Source: Amoebophrya sp. A120
Lineage: Eukaryota > Protista > Dinoflagellata
Assembly (NCBI GenBank): GCA_905178155.1
Contig: CAJINV010000004.1
Coordinates: forward strand, 1,240,881 to 1,304,880
Direction: 5' to 3'
DNA length: 64,000 bases
Of the stretch, positions 50,065 to 61,592 are shown in pieces (the first letter of the stretch is position 1; each line of letters opens with the position of its first letter). Made by a program: the position numbers and the translations under genes. The notes beneath the pieces were generated by a model. The model made no database searches and was not told the origin of the DNA. It worked only from the letters and a program-made list of their open reading frames with translations.

Positions 50065-51452
50065 TCACTCATCGTCCTCCGTGAAGGCCTCGTGCTCGGC
50101 CAGCCGGTCCGCATCCGACATTGGCGGCACGTTGTTCGTAACCACCGGAACCTGTTCCTGTTCCTGCTCACCTTCCATCTCGTCCCCGCCCGTGTTCGCC
50201 GTGGTGGAAAACTTTTTCTCCACTTGCAAAAACGCTGCCTTGGTGCTCGCGGAGGCTGCTGCTGTCAATAATGTACAACTCATGAAGATGAATCAATGTG
50301 GAGAAAAATGCCGCAAAACATAGTAGTAAGCCTATTTCTCCATGTTGAATTATATTTTAGCATCCCATTCGCACAACATTTTCGCATATCCTGCAGAAAA
50401 TTTGAAAACATTTCATTTTTTCATACCTTCATTCTCCCCACCTTTGTTCAGCCCCGATTTCGTCGTTTTGGAAGTTCCGGCCACCAGCTGCAGCAACACG
50501 GACCTCTGCTGGTTCAGCTGTTTCAACTCCGAACGCAGCTGCGACTGCATGAACTGGTAATTCTTCAACTCCTTTTCGGCTTGTTCTGTGGTGGCGCTAG
50601 TAGAAGAGGACAAAGTGCTGGCACTACTACTCGACAGCTTTTTCGAGTTCTTCATCCGCTCCAACGCCATCTTCGCCCCCGTGGTTTTCGCCCTCGTCTG
50701 CAACAGCGACTCCACCGTGTTGATTTGGTGTTGCTGCGCCCAGGTCTGTTGCGAGTACTTGGTCGCAGACTTATCAAATGCAAAAATGTCTGGGTCTGGA
50801 AGATAGATAATTCCGAGATTTGTCATGCAAGTTTTTCCAAGCTCCACCAAGTCTGGAATGCAGGACCTAGCATCACAGGATCTGCAGCCCCTTTTTGATG
50901 CCTGTTCTGCATGAGAAATGCCCCCTCAGCATGGCCAGAAATGAGCACCTTTTGCAAGTCACGCAATACAGATCTTTGTATGATGCGCAACATGCATCAC
51001 AAGTTGCGTCCTTCCAGACCCAGACATTTTTGCATTTGATAAGATTTGAACTCCGCCAGTTCCGCGTTGCACTTCGCTAAATTCAGGTCGTGCTGCTCTA
51101 GCTGTTTCCGCATCGCGGACAACGCCCTCTGCATACTGGTCACGGAAAACATGGACTGGGAATTGGCGAGAAGCAGCGATTGCAGCATCGAGCGCGTCTG
51201 TTGCGCAGTGTCGGTAAGCGACTCCACCATTTTCGCCGTTCTGTCGGTCACGGAAACGGCACTGCCGACGGGCGCGGACTGGGCCAAAACCTGCTGGATT
51301 GGCAGGAGACTCAGCAGCGACGACGACGAGAGGAAATAAAGCATTGTGGCAGAAAAAGACGCAGCGAATAGTTGTACACGACCAGGCCGCATTCTGGCCT
51401 TAGGCCAGGCCATCATGGTGGGAGTGAATGGTTTTATTTGTGGCGTGGTCAA
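50065..51452 (-). CDS. Hypothetical secreted/anchored coiled-coil protein
   Basis: Hydrophobic N-terminal segment and heptad-rich body; introner 50772-51041; probable GT-AG intron 50262-50426. Confidence 0.6.
50772..51041. mobile_element. TIR introner family A (270 bp)
   Basis: Repeat AGACT/AGATT; restores AEFKSATKY. Confidence 0.92.
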
Positions 51453-51779
51453 AACTGATGCTACAACCCTTCTTAAGATTTATTTTTACCGATCCACGAA
51501 ACGCAAGAAGCGAGAACAGAATGACCTACAGGGCGTGTTTCAACCACTCCCTCTCCTCTTCTCCCTCTTGCTCTTGCGTTGGCACGCCGCAGAACGCAAT
51601 ATGTAGTTGTGCTGAACAACAGTAAAACTACTAAATTCGTACTCGCATCAAATGCCGCAACGTCGTGATTGTACTTACTTACCCTGCTCAGATCCAATTT
51701 TTGCTTCACGTGCTCTTTTGTGTTGCAAGATAGGCGCTTCGGAGGCTCATGATTCATGAAAGGAAAACCGCAAACAGGA

Positions 51780-53474
51780 TCACAAAAACTGCACTTTCCT
51801 TGTGTCAAACCGCAACACTTCCGCGGGAATGGACAGTGGCGTCGCCAGCAGCGCTTTCTCCTCCGCAACTGTTAATCCGAAGGGCACCGCAGTGATGGCG
51901 ATTTTCTCGCTTTGTGCCCTCGGAATAGGCGCCGCCTGGAGCAGCTGCTGTGCTTCCCGCAAAACCGGGTCCCGCTCGTCGAAGAGGACTCGGGCGGAGA
52001 AACAGTTCCGCTCGGTGTACAACGCAAGGTTGACTGCTTTGTAGAGTTGTTGCCCTAAAGAAAGCTTCGATGTAGTCGCGCTGGCTGTAGTGGTCTCAGC
52101 GGCAGAATTACTGCCACGACGACGACTTCGAGGCACCAACACCAACTGGCCAAAGGGGAGGCGCCCGACCACTTCGACGCCTAGCGTGGAATGGTTGTCC
52201 TCTGCCGTAGAGAAGTAGCAGGTTGGGAGGTCCATCTGACGATTTTCCGCATGCTCGGCTGCTCCTCGTGGCGCCGGCAGCACCTGGTTAACGTTCTCAC
52301 GAAAGATGCTCAGCCGATCGGCATCGTCTTCTAGCTCGCTTCCGTCTCCTGCCTCATCAGGCGCACCGGTTGGCTCATCAGCATCGCAGCCAGCGCCAGC
52401 AGTCGTCCTTCTCCTTCGAGAAGAAGATAAAACCCAAGAATCCGGCAAAAACGCAGAAAAAACGCTTTTCCTAAAAGTGCACGACTGCACGGTCGTTAGA
52501 ATCCGGTGCGCTCCGGTTTCCAGCAATTTGCGCGAAATAATTCCTGACGTAGCGGAAGAAGAAGCTACGGCGTTTTCCTCATTAGTGCCAGAACTTGTCG
52601 TCTCGCATCCAACATTCCCTACAGATGCCTCCACATTGTGGTGGCAGAGAAGCATGACGCCTTTTTTCCGCACTGAACTCGCGTCACAATCAGCTACGCT
52701 AACGCGGTTCGCCTGTAGTCGTTCCTGACCACTTGTCGTAGTTCCTCCCGCGGAAAAGTACTGGCCCGCCACCTTCTCGCAGAGCCTCCGGCCCTGCTCG
52801 GCCCAAAAATCGCGGTTGTGCCGGTCGAGGGAAAGATTCAGGCAGGCAAACATCACGGGGATAGTAGCATCAATATCTCTTGTCCTTTCCTCTCGTCCTG
52901 CTCGGGGCCACGCGTCGGCAGACTCAGTCTCGGAGAGAACAGTCTGTTGTTGTTCACCGCCATTGTCTTGCAGCTTCATTTGTATCTGCCCCCGGGCTAA
53001 AGCCACGATTGCTTTATCCCTCGTCGTTTCCTCTTCCCGGAGCATGAGAAGGTCCAAGGGAAGTTTCGACTTTTTCCTCCAAGAAAGCAGTCCAAGTTTG
53101 TCGCCGAGCTCCGCATTGCACAAGATACGGCCGGGGATCGAGGGTAAAACGATACTGAAGTGACGACGGTGAGTTCTCGTTGACGTGTGGTGTGTTTCGC
53201 TTGAGCTGCTGGCGCAAGAGTTGGTTCTGCAGCAGTCGATTGTACCATTTATTCGAGGTGGAGGAAGACAACATATCCTCTGCGTGCCTGCTGCCCGCGC
53301 TCGAGCGATCAACGCTTGTCCAGAGTCGGACATAGCCACGAGAATATTTGGTGCGGCCGACATTTTCGTGAATCCTGACCTCGCTACAATAGTGGATTTG
53401 AAACCGAAACTGATTTCGATCCGATACCGATTCTGAGCGAAGCAGCTGATGAAGGTAAAATTTCTATAAACCAA
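51780..53474 (-). CDS. Hypothetical protein (likely ATG near 53363)
   Basis: 564-codon ORF on the cluster strand; no family recognised. Confidence 0.55.
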   Translation of the reverse strand: MVYRNFTFISCFAQNRYRIEISFGFKSTIVARSGFTKMSAAPNILVAMSDSGQALIARARAAGTQRICCLPPPRINGTIDCCRTNSCASSSSETHHTSTRTHRRHFSIVLPSIPGRILCNAELGDKLGLLSWRKKSKLPLDLLMLREEETTRDKAIVALARGQIQMKLQDNGGEQQQTVLSETESADAWPRAGREERTRDIDATIPVMFACLNLSLDRHNRDFWAEQGRRLCEKVAGQYFSAGGTTTSGQERLQANRVSVADCDASSVRKKGVMLLCHHNVEASVGNVGCETTSSGTNEENAVASSSATSGIISRKLLETGAHRILTTVQSCTFRKSVFSAFLPDSWVLSSSRRRRTTAGAGCDADEPTGAPDEAGDGSELEDDADRLSIFRENVNQVLPAPRGAAEHAENRQMDLPTCYFSTAEDNHSTLGVEVVGRLPFGQLVLVPRSRRRGSNSAAETTTASATTSKLSLGQQLYKAVNLALYTERNCFSARVLFDERDPVLREAQQLLQAAPIPRAQSEKIAITAVPFGLTVAEEKALLATPLSIPAEVLRFDTRKVQFL

Positions 53475-54985
53475 TGGACATCTGGTAAGCGTCGATCGCG
53501 TTCAGCCAATGCCGCACTGATTGTGCTCCTTAGCAGCGCGCTGAAATCTCTCGACATTCTGATGAGCAAAGCAGCAAGAAACCAGAAACCCAACAAACAC
53601 ATGGACAGCCAGAAGACAAGGCGCTGCTATACTTTACGTTGGCATGATTCAGAAAAAGACCGTCTTCGAGTTTGCATCCAAAAAGCTCGGTCAGCGGTGG
53701 TCATCTTGATCTTTTTGTTTCTCATATTGGGTGTCGAGATCTTCATTGTCATGCTGTTGCTCTTGTTTTTGATCTTCATGTGGACACGATCCGATTAACT
53801 TTTCGTGTGGAAAGAGCAAAAAGCACGAAAAGGCTTTTCCGTCCAATTCTTTCAAGGGTCCTTGGAGAGATTCGCTTTTGCTTCCTCCAATACAAGGGTA
53901 ACAAGAGAAAACGATTTTCCTATTTGTCCGCATTCAGTTGAGAGAGGAATCTTTTGACATGTGCATTTTCAACGAGTTTCAAATTTGTTCTCTGCATAAA
54001 ATTAATTGAGGCAAGTGTAAAAATAGGAAACGTATATCCAGGTCGAGTTTTGTGTCACCACGAAACTGCATTTTCTACGAAGAGCAAAGATAAAGTCGCC
54101 CCACGAAGAGGAGACCGTTTGAGTAGCAAAGCTATCCCGTTGAAGACGAGACACTTACGACCACAACACAAATACTCCGCGTTGGCATGCGTGCATGTCA
54201 GGTCTCTAGAGGGTGACACGACACCAAAAGTGTCAGCGTCAACAGTGGATCTTCGTCCTAGTGTAGATAGTAACTGCAAGAATGATAACAAGTTAATTTG
54301 AGCTTGTAGTATAAAAGAAAATTGTAAGTAAAGGTGTTGAGTATTTTCATCTTTGAATTTACATTACTACTCTAGGTTAACATTATAAATATTGTACGAC
54401 TGAACTTGTTTCATCACCTCCACCAGTTCTCATCCACGCAAACTCATCTCCATTCTGGTGGTTTCAGAGGGGGAGTTGGATGTCTTAGTGTTACAAACAT
54501 AATTCTCTGGTAGTTCTTTCTTCAACAGAATAAATGCGAGACAGAATCTTAGGTTGGTTGGTTGGTTGGTGGTATACTCTGAGTGCCCTCCTCGGCTACA
54601 GTGTGTATTGTTTCCGACGTGCCTGAGAAGAGGCGCTACGAAACTTGGCAATTAATGGCTATTGTCACAACTCTCCATTGCATTCGTAGGATCGATCTTA
54701 TCAAGCAGATGCCTGGAAACAGTAGTAATTGTGTGGGCACGAACTAGCACGGGAAAGACAATGAAGTGCACGCTTCTATAAACAAAAATCTCGGTTTACA
54801 GCCATAGCGACATCCACATCAGCACTACAATATATAATGATACAAAATCACAACTGGTGGAATCTGGACATTGCGAAAGCCTAAAGGCTTGCCCGCTCCT
54901 ATCGGAGGGCAAAGCCGCTGGGGGCCTTTCCTTTTGAAAAAGATAGACGGCAAATTCGATAGGCACAACCAAAAACAAGGAAGCC

Positions 54986-55008
54986 CACACACACACACAC
55001 ACACACAC
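54986..55008. repeat. (CA)n microsatellite
   Basis: About 11 CA units. Confidence 0.9.
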
Positions 55009-58000
55009 GGAAGAAAACATGGCATTGCCTCGCGGGGCGGCAAACTCAGTCTGGGGCGGCCCTGCGCTGCGCGTTTTTCTGGGTTGGCCACGAGGCATGC
55101 GATGTGGCTTCCTTAAATTGGCGCTAGATGTGGCTGGCCAGCCTTTGAACTAAAGCCCGTGAGCAGGGCGGATTTCCGGCGTTGCCTAGACCATCCGCAA
55201 ACCTGCACACCCTAGGGGGGTGCCTAGAGGGGGGCCTTTTCAGGACGACTTCGCGAATGCGCTCTGTACGCCTTTAATTCCGCTAAATATAAGGCCAAAG
55301 CCCCCTGCACTTTTGTTTTGCATTTCGCCCTGTCCAGCGTTCCGGGTCGTGAATGTCTTTTAGATTTAGTTGACTTCTGATTAGAATTACAATTTATCAG
55401 TTTGCCCGCATTTCTCCTCATCCCACTCGCAGGTCTCGGGCTTGCAGCACCTCTGCGTCATTTCTTCCTCGGATTCAAACGAGATCTGCTGATGTGTCCC
55501 GGCGAACCAAGACAGGGAAATCCGCAAAACGGAAAATAGAAAAACGACAACAGAAATCGCGCAAAAAATCCTACCAGAGTGTTACTCTAGGCCACCGAAC
55601 CAACCGCACAGGCCCCGCCAACGTCGTGCCCCCCCTCTCTGCACAGCACGGCCACGAGCCACGCCCCGGCACCACTAGTGGCGCCGCTGTTGTTGATCAA
55701 CCTGGCGCGGGTGAAATACAGGGCGTCCCGATGCCGCAGCCCGGGCCGGCAAGCTGCGTGCCCATATGTACAGCCGGCGACCGACTGCCAGGAGGTTGGC
55801 GCGCTTTGGTGACTATGCTGGCAGTGCGCTCTTTCGCAGGCTGCTGTGCGCTAGTTGCCCCCTCCCCCAGCCCGAAAGAGACTGAGCACCCAACTTAACA
55901 AGGCGGGCAGGCAAATTATACCATGGGGGCGCGGCTGTTATTTCCTTCAAGCGCGGGCGCTTTAAAGGTAGTAGGCTACGCTTTTTCGCGCTTTGGGGAT
56001 GATCGCCTTTGGGGATGATCGTCCTCGGGGATCCGTCTGTCTCCGGGCTACAGGAGGTGTCAACGCTCGCTGGCACATTCGGAGCCAACCCCTATTATCC
56101 AGTTCCAGACGACGCGGCATGGGGCTCTGCCTCTGTCATACCCCGTAAAAAAATAGAGTAGCACAACAACTCAAGAGGACGTAGCCGAAATTGGTGGAAA
56201 ACACAGCAAGGGGAGGGTGCGTGGGTGGGAGATGCGCGAACTGGCGCGCCTGAATATCTTCACGCCGCGCCGCCTCTTCGGCTTCGGATGCCATTGGGCC
56301 TGGGCGTACTATTGGCTACGCCCACAAAACACCGACCGCCCAGTAACCGGCCTTTGCCCACAGGCCCACACGGGCTGGCAACCAATGCCACGGCTGCCCG
56401 GCGGGGTGCTTTCCACCAAAATCAGCCGGGCTGGGAACTGAAAGACGCACGGGGCGGGGGCCTCGGGCTGCCTTGTATCCTGTGCCGGCTCATTCACCAA
56501 GGCCCCATCGCTATGGGCTCCATCACTTCCCCCCAGTAGGGTGCAGACAAGAGGCAACGCATAGGGCTGCCAGGACACACCCCGCAAAGAACAAAGAACG
56601 CCACACACCTCAAGAAGCCGCTCCCGGATCTCTAGCGAAGCTGCAGACCTGGCCTTGGTACGATTGTGGCCACATGAACGACAAAAACGCTTAAGTATGC
56701 AAATCTGCGAGACCTCCGTCTTGCTCGTGAAGATCTAAAGCAGCTTTTTCCCAAAACTAATTAGGCGCAACCCCTGGCACGGAAGCCATAAAACTAAAAA
56801 CGGCCTGAAGCACGGCGACAGACCTTCGTAGCGCTTTGCTAGGTTTTGTGGGGTTTCCAAGGTTTTCGCTATTTTGCTTTTCAGGCACATTGGCCTTCAG
56901 CTCCGCCACAGTGGCAAGATGGCCGGGGGCCCTTTTGATTCGGCAACAATTGCCGGCGCTCCGGCACATATCAATCGCGCCCGTGAATTCGGCAGCCTGA
57001 ATTTCGGTCATGCCACAAGCGGAAAAACTGTCGCGGGCGGCGCGCGGCAATTTTCGATCAAACACAAAGCGCCGGCGCCGCGTTTCGTTTCCGCGATGCA
57101 TGTGGCGACTCCGCCCGCCGTTTGCTCAGGCCGATTAGATCTTGATTTTGGCTTTGCAACCAAACGAGCGAAGCGGGAGCGCAAGCAAGCGCCCAAGAAC
57201 ATCGAACCGACTCACTTGGTACTCCACGGCCGCCTGCTAAGGTTCTCGCTGTTTGCTTCTGTTCCTCGCGCCAGTTGCTCTTTGGTATTTTCAAGAAAAA
57301 TCCGGGCTCTGCTGCGGTTCCTGGCTTCCAGAAGTGCGATGCAAAATTTTATTTCAGTTTTACGGATTTTACTATCTTCAATGTCGGGACATATGACGGG
57401 CGTTAGAACGTTTGACTAGGAAAGCGCGGCACACACCCGCTCCATCCTTCGCACACGTGTACTTCCATTTGTATCCTGCAGAAAAACGCCCCCGCCGCAT
57501 AATCAAATTGAGAACTCTGCAAAAAGCCAGAAGCTTCTGAAGTCACGCATGAAAATTTGTTTTCCCTAAAATTGCAGTGCAGGCTGGCAAGGCGAGCCGC
57601 ATCACAAAGCCATCTCCTTATGAATGTACAGCGTTACAAATGCCAAAACACGAACGCGAACGCATCTCATGGGCATGCGCATTGCATTTGTTCCGCTAAT
57701 TGCAAATCTGCATAACAACTCTGGCGAAGGTGCGTTTTCTTGAATAACTTGGATCCTGTTGTCGTTGCTTCTTATTTTGTATGAAAGAACCACTCCCCGC
57801 GGCCGCGACTGCGTCGCGGGGCTGCAATCATGACATTTATTCCTTCCGGTGGCTATCAAAGAACCAAGTATTCGTGCGGGCGGGGTGTGGGTCGCCAAGC
57901 TAGGCGCGCCCAGAAAAAAACTCGCCCGCGCGGAGGAGAATGTGGCGCGAGTTGTGGCCTTCGTTTTGTGGGGCCGGGCGCTCCAACCAACATCGCGCCA

Positions 58001-59080
58001 GCCGTCCTCGCGCATGCTCCTGGACTCTGCCGCCCCGCTGCTCACGCGAAGCTTTGATGCCCTCCCGTCAAAAGTCCCGCCCCCTACTTACTGTGGTAGG
58101 TAGCGCGTGGCGTCCCTCACCACACGCTGATGCGATGCCACTGCTAATCTGCCCTTCATGCGGAGTCGCATGCTCGTTCGTGGGTCTCCCCAAGCGTCGG
58201 CCTCCATCCCGCTTCCCGATCACTACTGCGTCATTGACAAGAAGCTTTTTCTTCCCAGGGGTGGTGCAACAGGGTGTGGGCAAGAATAAATAATCTAAAG
58301 CTTAACAAGCAATGGTCTACAGGTACTTACAATACGGCATGCAAAGGCAATCGACGGCATGCAAAGAAACAGACGCAACAACATGAATGCCCCACCCCTT
58401 AATCAATTTAATATACTAACACTGCCTCCCACAGCGATGGACAATCGACCCAGCCGCCTTTCTCCAGGCGGGACTGTAGTTCCAAGCGGAACACTCGAGA
58501 AGGAGGCGCATCACTCTGAGGGTGGTTCTGCTCTTAGAGGACAACAGCGCGGCCGACCACCGGGCCGCGGCAGTCTCGTGACGCTGCTGCTGCTGCCTGT
58601 TACTACGTGCCTTCAGCGTGGTCCCGAACCCGATGTGGCACCCAAGACCCCGGCAGTGGGGGGAGCGGCCCCGGCCGTTCTCCGCCTTGGGATGTTGTTG
58701 AAACGCTTCGCACGGCTGGCAGCCACAGGCCTGGCAGTGCTGCCTGCTGATTGGTCCAGAGGAGGGGGCTAGCATGTTCCTTTTCGGCGGTGCTGACGAG
58801 CCTCTACTTTTTGCTGGTGTGTACCGCGGCGACAAAAAAAGAACAAGAACCAGCTCTACGGTAAATGGCATAAACTTACCTCGCCGCATTCGAGGGCGAT
58901 AAACGTGTTGACCTGTGAACCCGCCTAGTGCGGTGGAGCGACTGGTGGCGCGGACAATGTAGAAACTGATAAAGCCAAAAAAATGCCGTCGCTCTTTAGC
59001 GCTAAAAGAGGATCTTTTCTGCTCTTCTACACCAGTCGCTCCTATCCCTATGTGTGCTCTATTATGATACGGCAACAAGA

Positions 59081-59113
59081 CAGAGCCAAAAAGACTTGAG
59101 CCAAATGACTTGA
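59081..59113 (-). other. Tandem relic dinoflagellate spliced-leader-like sequence
   Basis: Minus strand TCAAG-TCATTTGGCTCAAG-TCTTTTTGGCTCTG versus the DinoSL 3' end CCATTTTGGCTCAAG. Confidence 0.55.
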
Positions 59114-59453
59114 TGCATCATATTTAGAAAAAAATAACGAAGAACAATTATAACATTATACTTTCCCTCATCTCGTTCAGCGGGCCCATTCCCCTATACG
59201 AATCCGTTCTCCGCCACGACGTGTCGACGACGGGTCCGCTCTCCCCATTCGGCTGCAAGGACGACATACCTGGTGTGATCCGTTAATACGTTTGTGTATT
59301 CTAGTATTGTTTATTGAATGTGGTCATGCACAGCTCGACATGTATGTCATCCATATTTTTTTATCACGTAGTGGAATTCTTCATTGCTGTATCGAGCTTG
59401 CTGAGCAGGTGCAGCGTAAGTATGTATTGAGCTAGTACTCCTGCTACTTCCAA

Positions 59454-59684
59454 TCAAGTACCTTCCCCACCGTCGGCGCTGGTCACGTCGGTGCCTTCCG
59501 TCTCCCCATCCGGGGTCAGGGTGAAATCACCCCTCCCCGACTTCGACGCCTGGTCGAACGCGGAAGCGCCCAGGATGTTCGCGACACCGGCACTCGCGGT
59601 CAAAGCCCCGAGGCAGTTGCGCTTGACGATGCCAAAACGCGGAGCGGACTTGTAGTTGTCCGGTTTGTTCTGGTGGGCGGGCAT
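59454..59684 (-). CDS. Small hypothetical protein (76 aa)
   Basis: ATG-started, GC3-rich ORF between AT-rich flanks on the cluster strand. Confidence 0.45.
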   Translation of the reverse strand: MPAHQNKPDNYKSAPRFGIVKRNCLGALTASAGVANILGASAFDQASKSGRGDFTLTPDGETEGTDVTSADGGEGT

Positions 59685-60702
59685 CTTTTCTCGAGCCGAA
59701 AAAAAAAACTGCTTTTCTCTGCTAGGTTTCCTGCAATTCGATTAGAAATGCCTCAAATGAAACCAGCACTCCCGTCAGGTCGATGACTTTGCACCGCTCG
59801 AAAAGCGCCAACAGAGCAGCTTTCCGTCCTCGGGTCATTTAAGCGTCCCACACCTGCGCCTGATTTGCATGTCACGAGGATACACGAATCTACCTGGCTT
59901 CGCTCTGTCTCTCTTTTCTTTCTCACGTTCTACTGCCCCACGACGTCTGATTGAAAGACAAACGAGAAGTGTATCTGCCCCGGTACTACACATTCACATG
60001 ATGCCGCATGAAAACAACTATTACGGCTTCTTTAAACTTTTTCGAGGAGCCCCAGACGAATTCGAAACACGTGAAATCTCTTCTCTTTTCCTGCCGCAGC
60101 GGGAAGCTTTTACGGTTACTTGCAACGCCTCGCTTTTATTTTTCGATACAGTATGACAAGTACCAAATTAGTTTGACGGGGATACCGTAGTATATTCAAA
60201 GCAAGCTTAAGACTCACCTTTTATCTCCTTTCGCCAAGCGGCAGCGCACTTTTGTTTTCTCGTTTGTCTAGAAAGGGGCACATCACAAACAGGAAAAAAG
60301 CACGCAGAAAAGTTCTCTAGGAGTTCAGTTGTTGTTGTACGGTTGCGAGTATATTAGAGTTGCGTTTGAGGGCAGCTCAAAGAAATGGTATATTAGATTA
60401 TATATCCAAATTTTATTTTGCCGGGGCTACCGACGGTGGCCGAAACAAGCGCTGCGTCGAAGACAGCACTCGCAGCCTCCTCTGAGTGGTGTGATATCAA
60501 CGAAAGGAAAGTCTCCATGTTCGCTGCTACGTATAGTCAAGGTTGCAAAAGTCAAATCGTAATCTTGGAATGTTGAATTTCTAAAGTTACTTCGCATGCG
60601 GTAAACCAGATTCGGAATTTTAGAGGCTACCAACGCGCCGCTCCGTCGTGATAAAACAAAACGCGCAGCTAGTGCTTTATTTTGTTGAAAAGATTTCCAT
60701 TC

Positions 60703-60954
60703 TTACACCTCTTCTTTCTCCTCCTCCTCATCGTCCTCCTCCTCCTCATCCTGCTTCTTTGCCTCCGCGTCTGCAGCCTTGCTACTCCGCGACTTTCGCT
60801 CCTCTGTCTTTTCCTCCCCATCTGCGGCCTTACTGCTCCGGGACTTTCGGTCTGCCTTGGAGCCCGACTTGCGCACGATCGGCGCGGCCTCGTCGGCCGT
60901 AGCGGCGTCGGCCGGGGCACCACCACAGCAGGAACAGCACGGGCACAGAGGCAT
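60703..60954 (-). CDS. Small charged protein with N-terminal Cys cluster (possibly only the first exon)
   Basis: MPLCPCCSCCGG start, duplicated RKSRSSKAAD, acidic tail. Confidence 0.5.
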   Translation of the reverse strand: MPLCPCCSCCGGAPADAATADEAAPIVRKSGSKADRKSRSSKAADGEEKTEERKSRSSKAADAEAKKQDEEEEDDEEEEKEEV

Positions 60955-61500
60955 TTTGATAGAGTCGACTTCTACCACGGAACTCTTTATTACGGTAAGG
61001 GGAAGAAGCGTACTTCTACTAGAGTAGACAAGGTCAAGGTTTTCTCGCAAGCAAAAGCTTCTGAAGATTGTTCGACGTCGGGGAGTGTTTCCTTTGAAAT
61101 GCGAGAAGAGAGTTTTTCTTTCGTGCTTGTTGCGGAGAGGCTGTTCTTAGGTGCTTGAGAGATACTCTTAGAGCGAGGTGTTTGCTGGTCGTAATTTTGG
61201 TGCGATAGTCTATTGTTTGACGAAAACTTACCCTTCAATATCTTGCGACATTGAGGAGGCAAACACGACTAAAACGGTCATCTAAAATGGATAGAGGAAC
61301 GACCACGAAACGGGACGACAAAGCGAATCCAATGTTATCTACGCCCGATCGTGTTGAGGAAATTGCCTCAAAGTGAACGACCGGAAATTCAGGAGGACGA
61401 GCACCGAAGGACAGAAGGACGAAAGCTACAGAAGTACAAGAACCGACGAAATTCTCTGTTCTACGAAAAGAAACACTTCCTTGCTCCACCACAACCACGA

Positions 61501-61592
61501 ACCGAAGCTAGATGCGAGTGACGAGTACGAGAGTTAACCGAAGTTAAAAGCCAGTGAGTACGAGAGTTAACCGAAGTGTAGATGCCAGTGAG
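61501..61592. repeat. ~33-36-bp tandem repeat, about 2.7 copies
   Basis: ACCGAAG...AGTG(AC)GAGTACGAGAGTTA repeated. Confidence 0.75.

Noticed and set aside
1514-51041. Recurrent ~30-bp repeat considered as a CRISPR array
   Set aside because: The repeats are inverted pairs ~250 bp apart and dispersed in eukaryotic genes; there are no regular spacers and no cas genes.
1425-51080. Many short ORFs sharing peptides such as [24 protein letters not shown] and PDPDIF
   Set aside because: These are translations of the family A TIR in different frames, not a protein family.
54800-58400. Possible transposase or retroelement supplying the introners
   Set aside because: Only short ORFs; no DDE, RT or integrase motifs and no TIR/LTR pair recognised.
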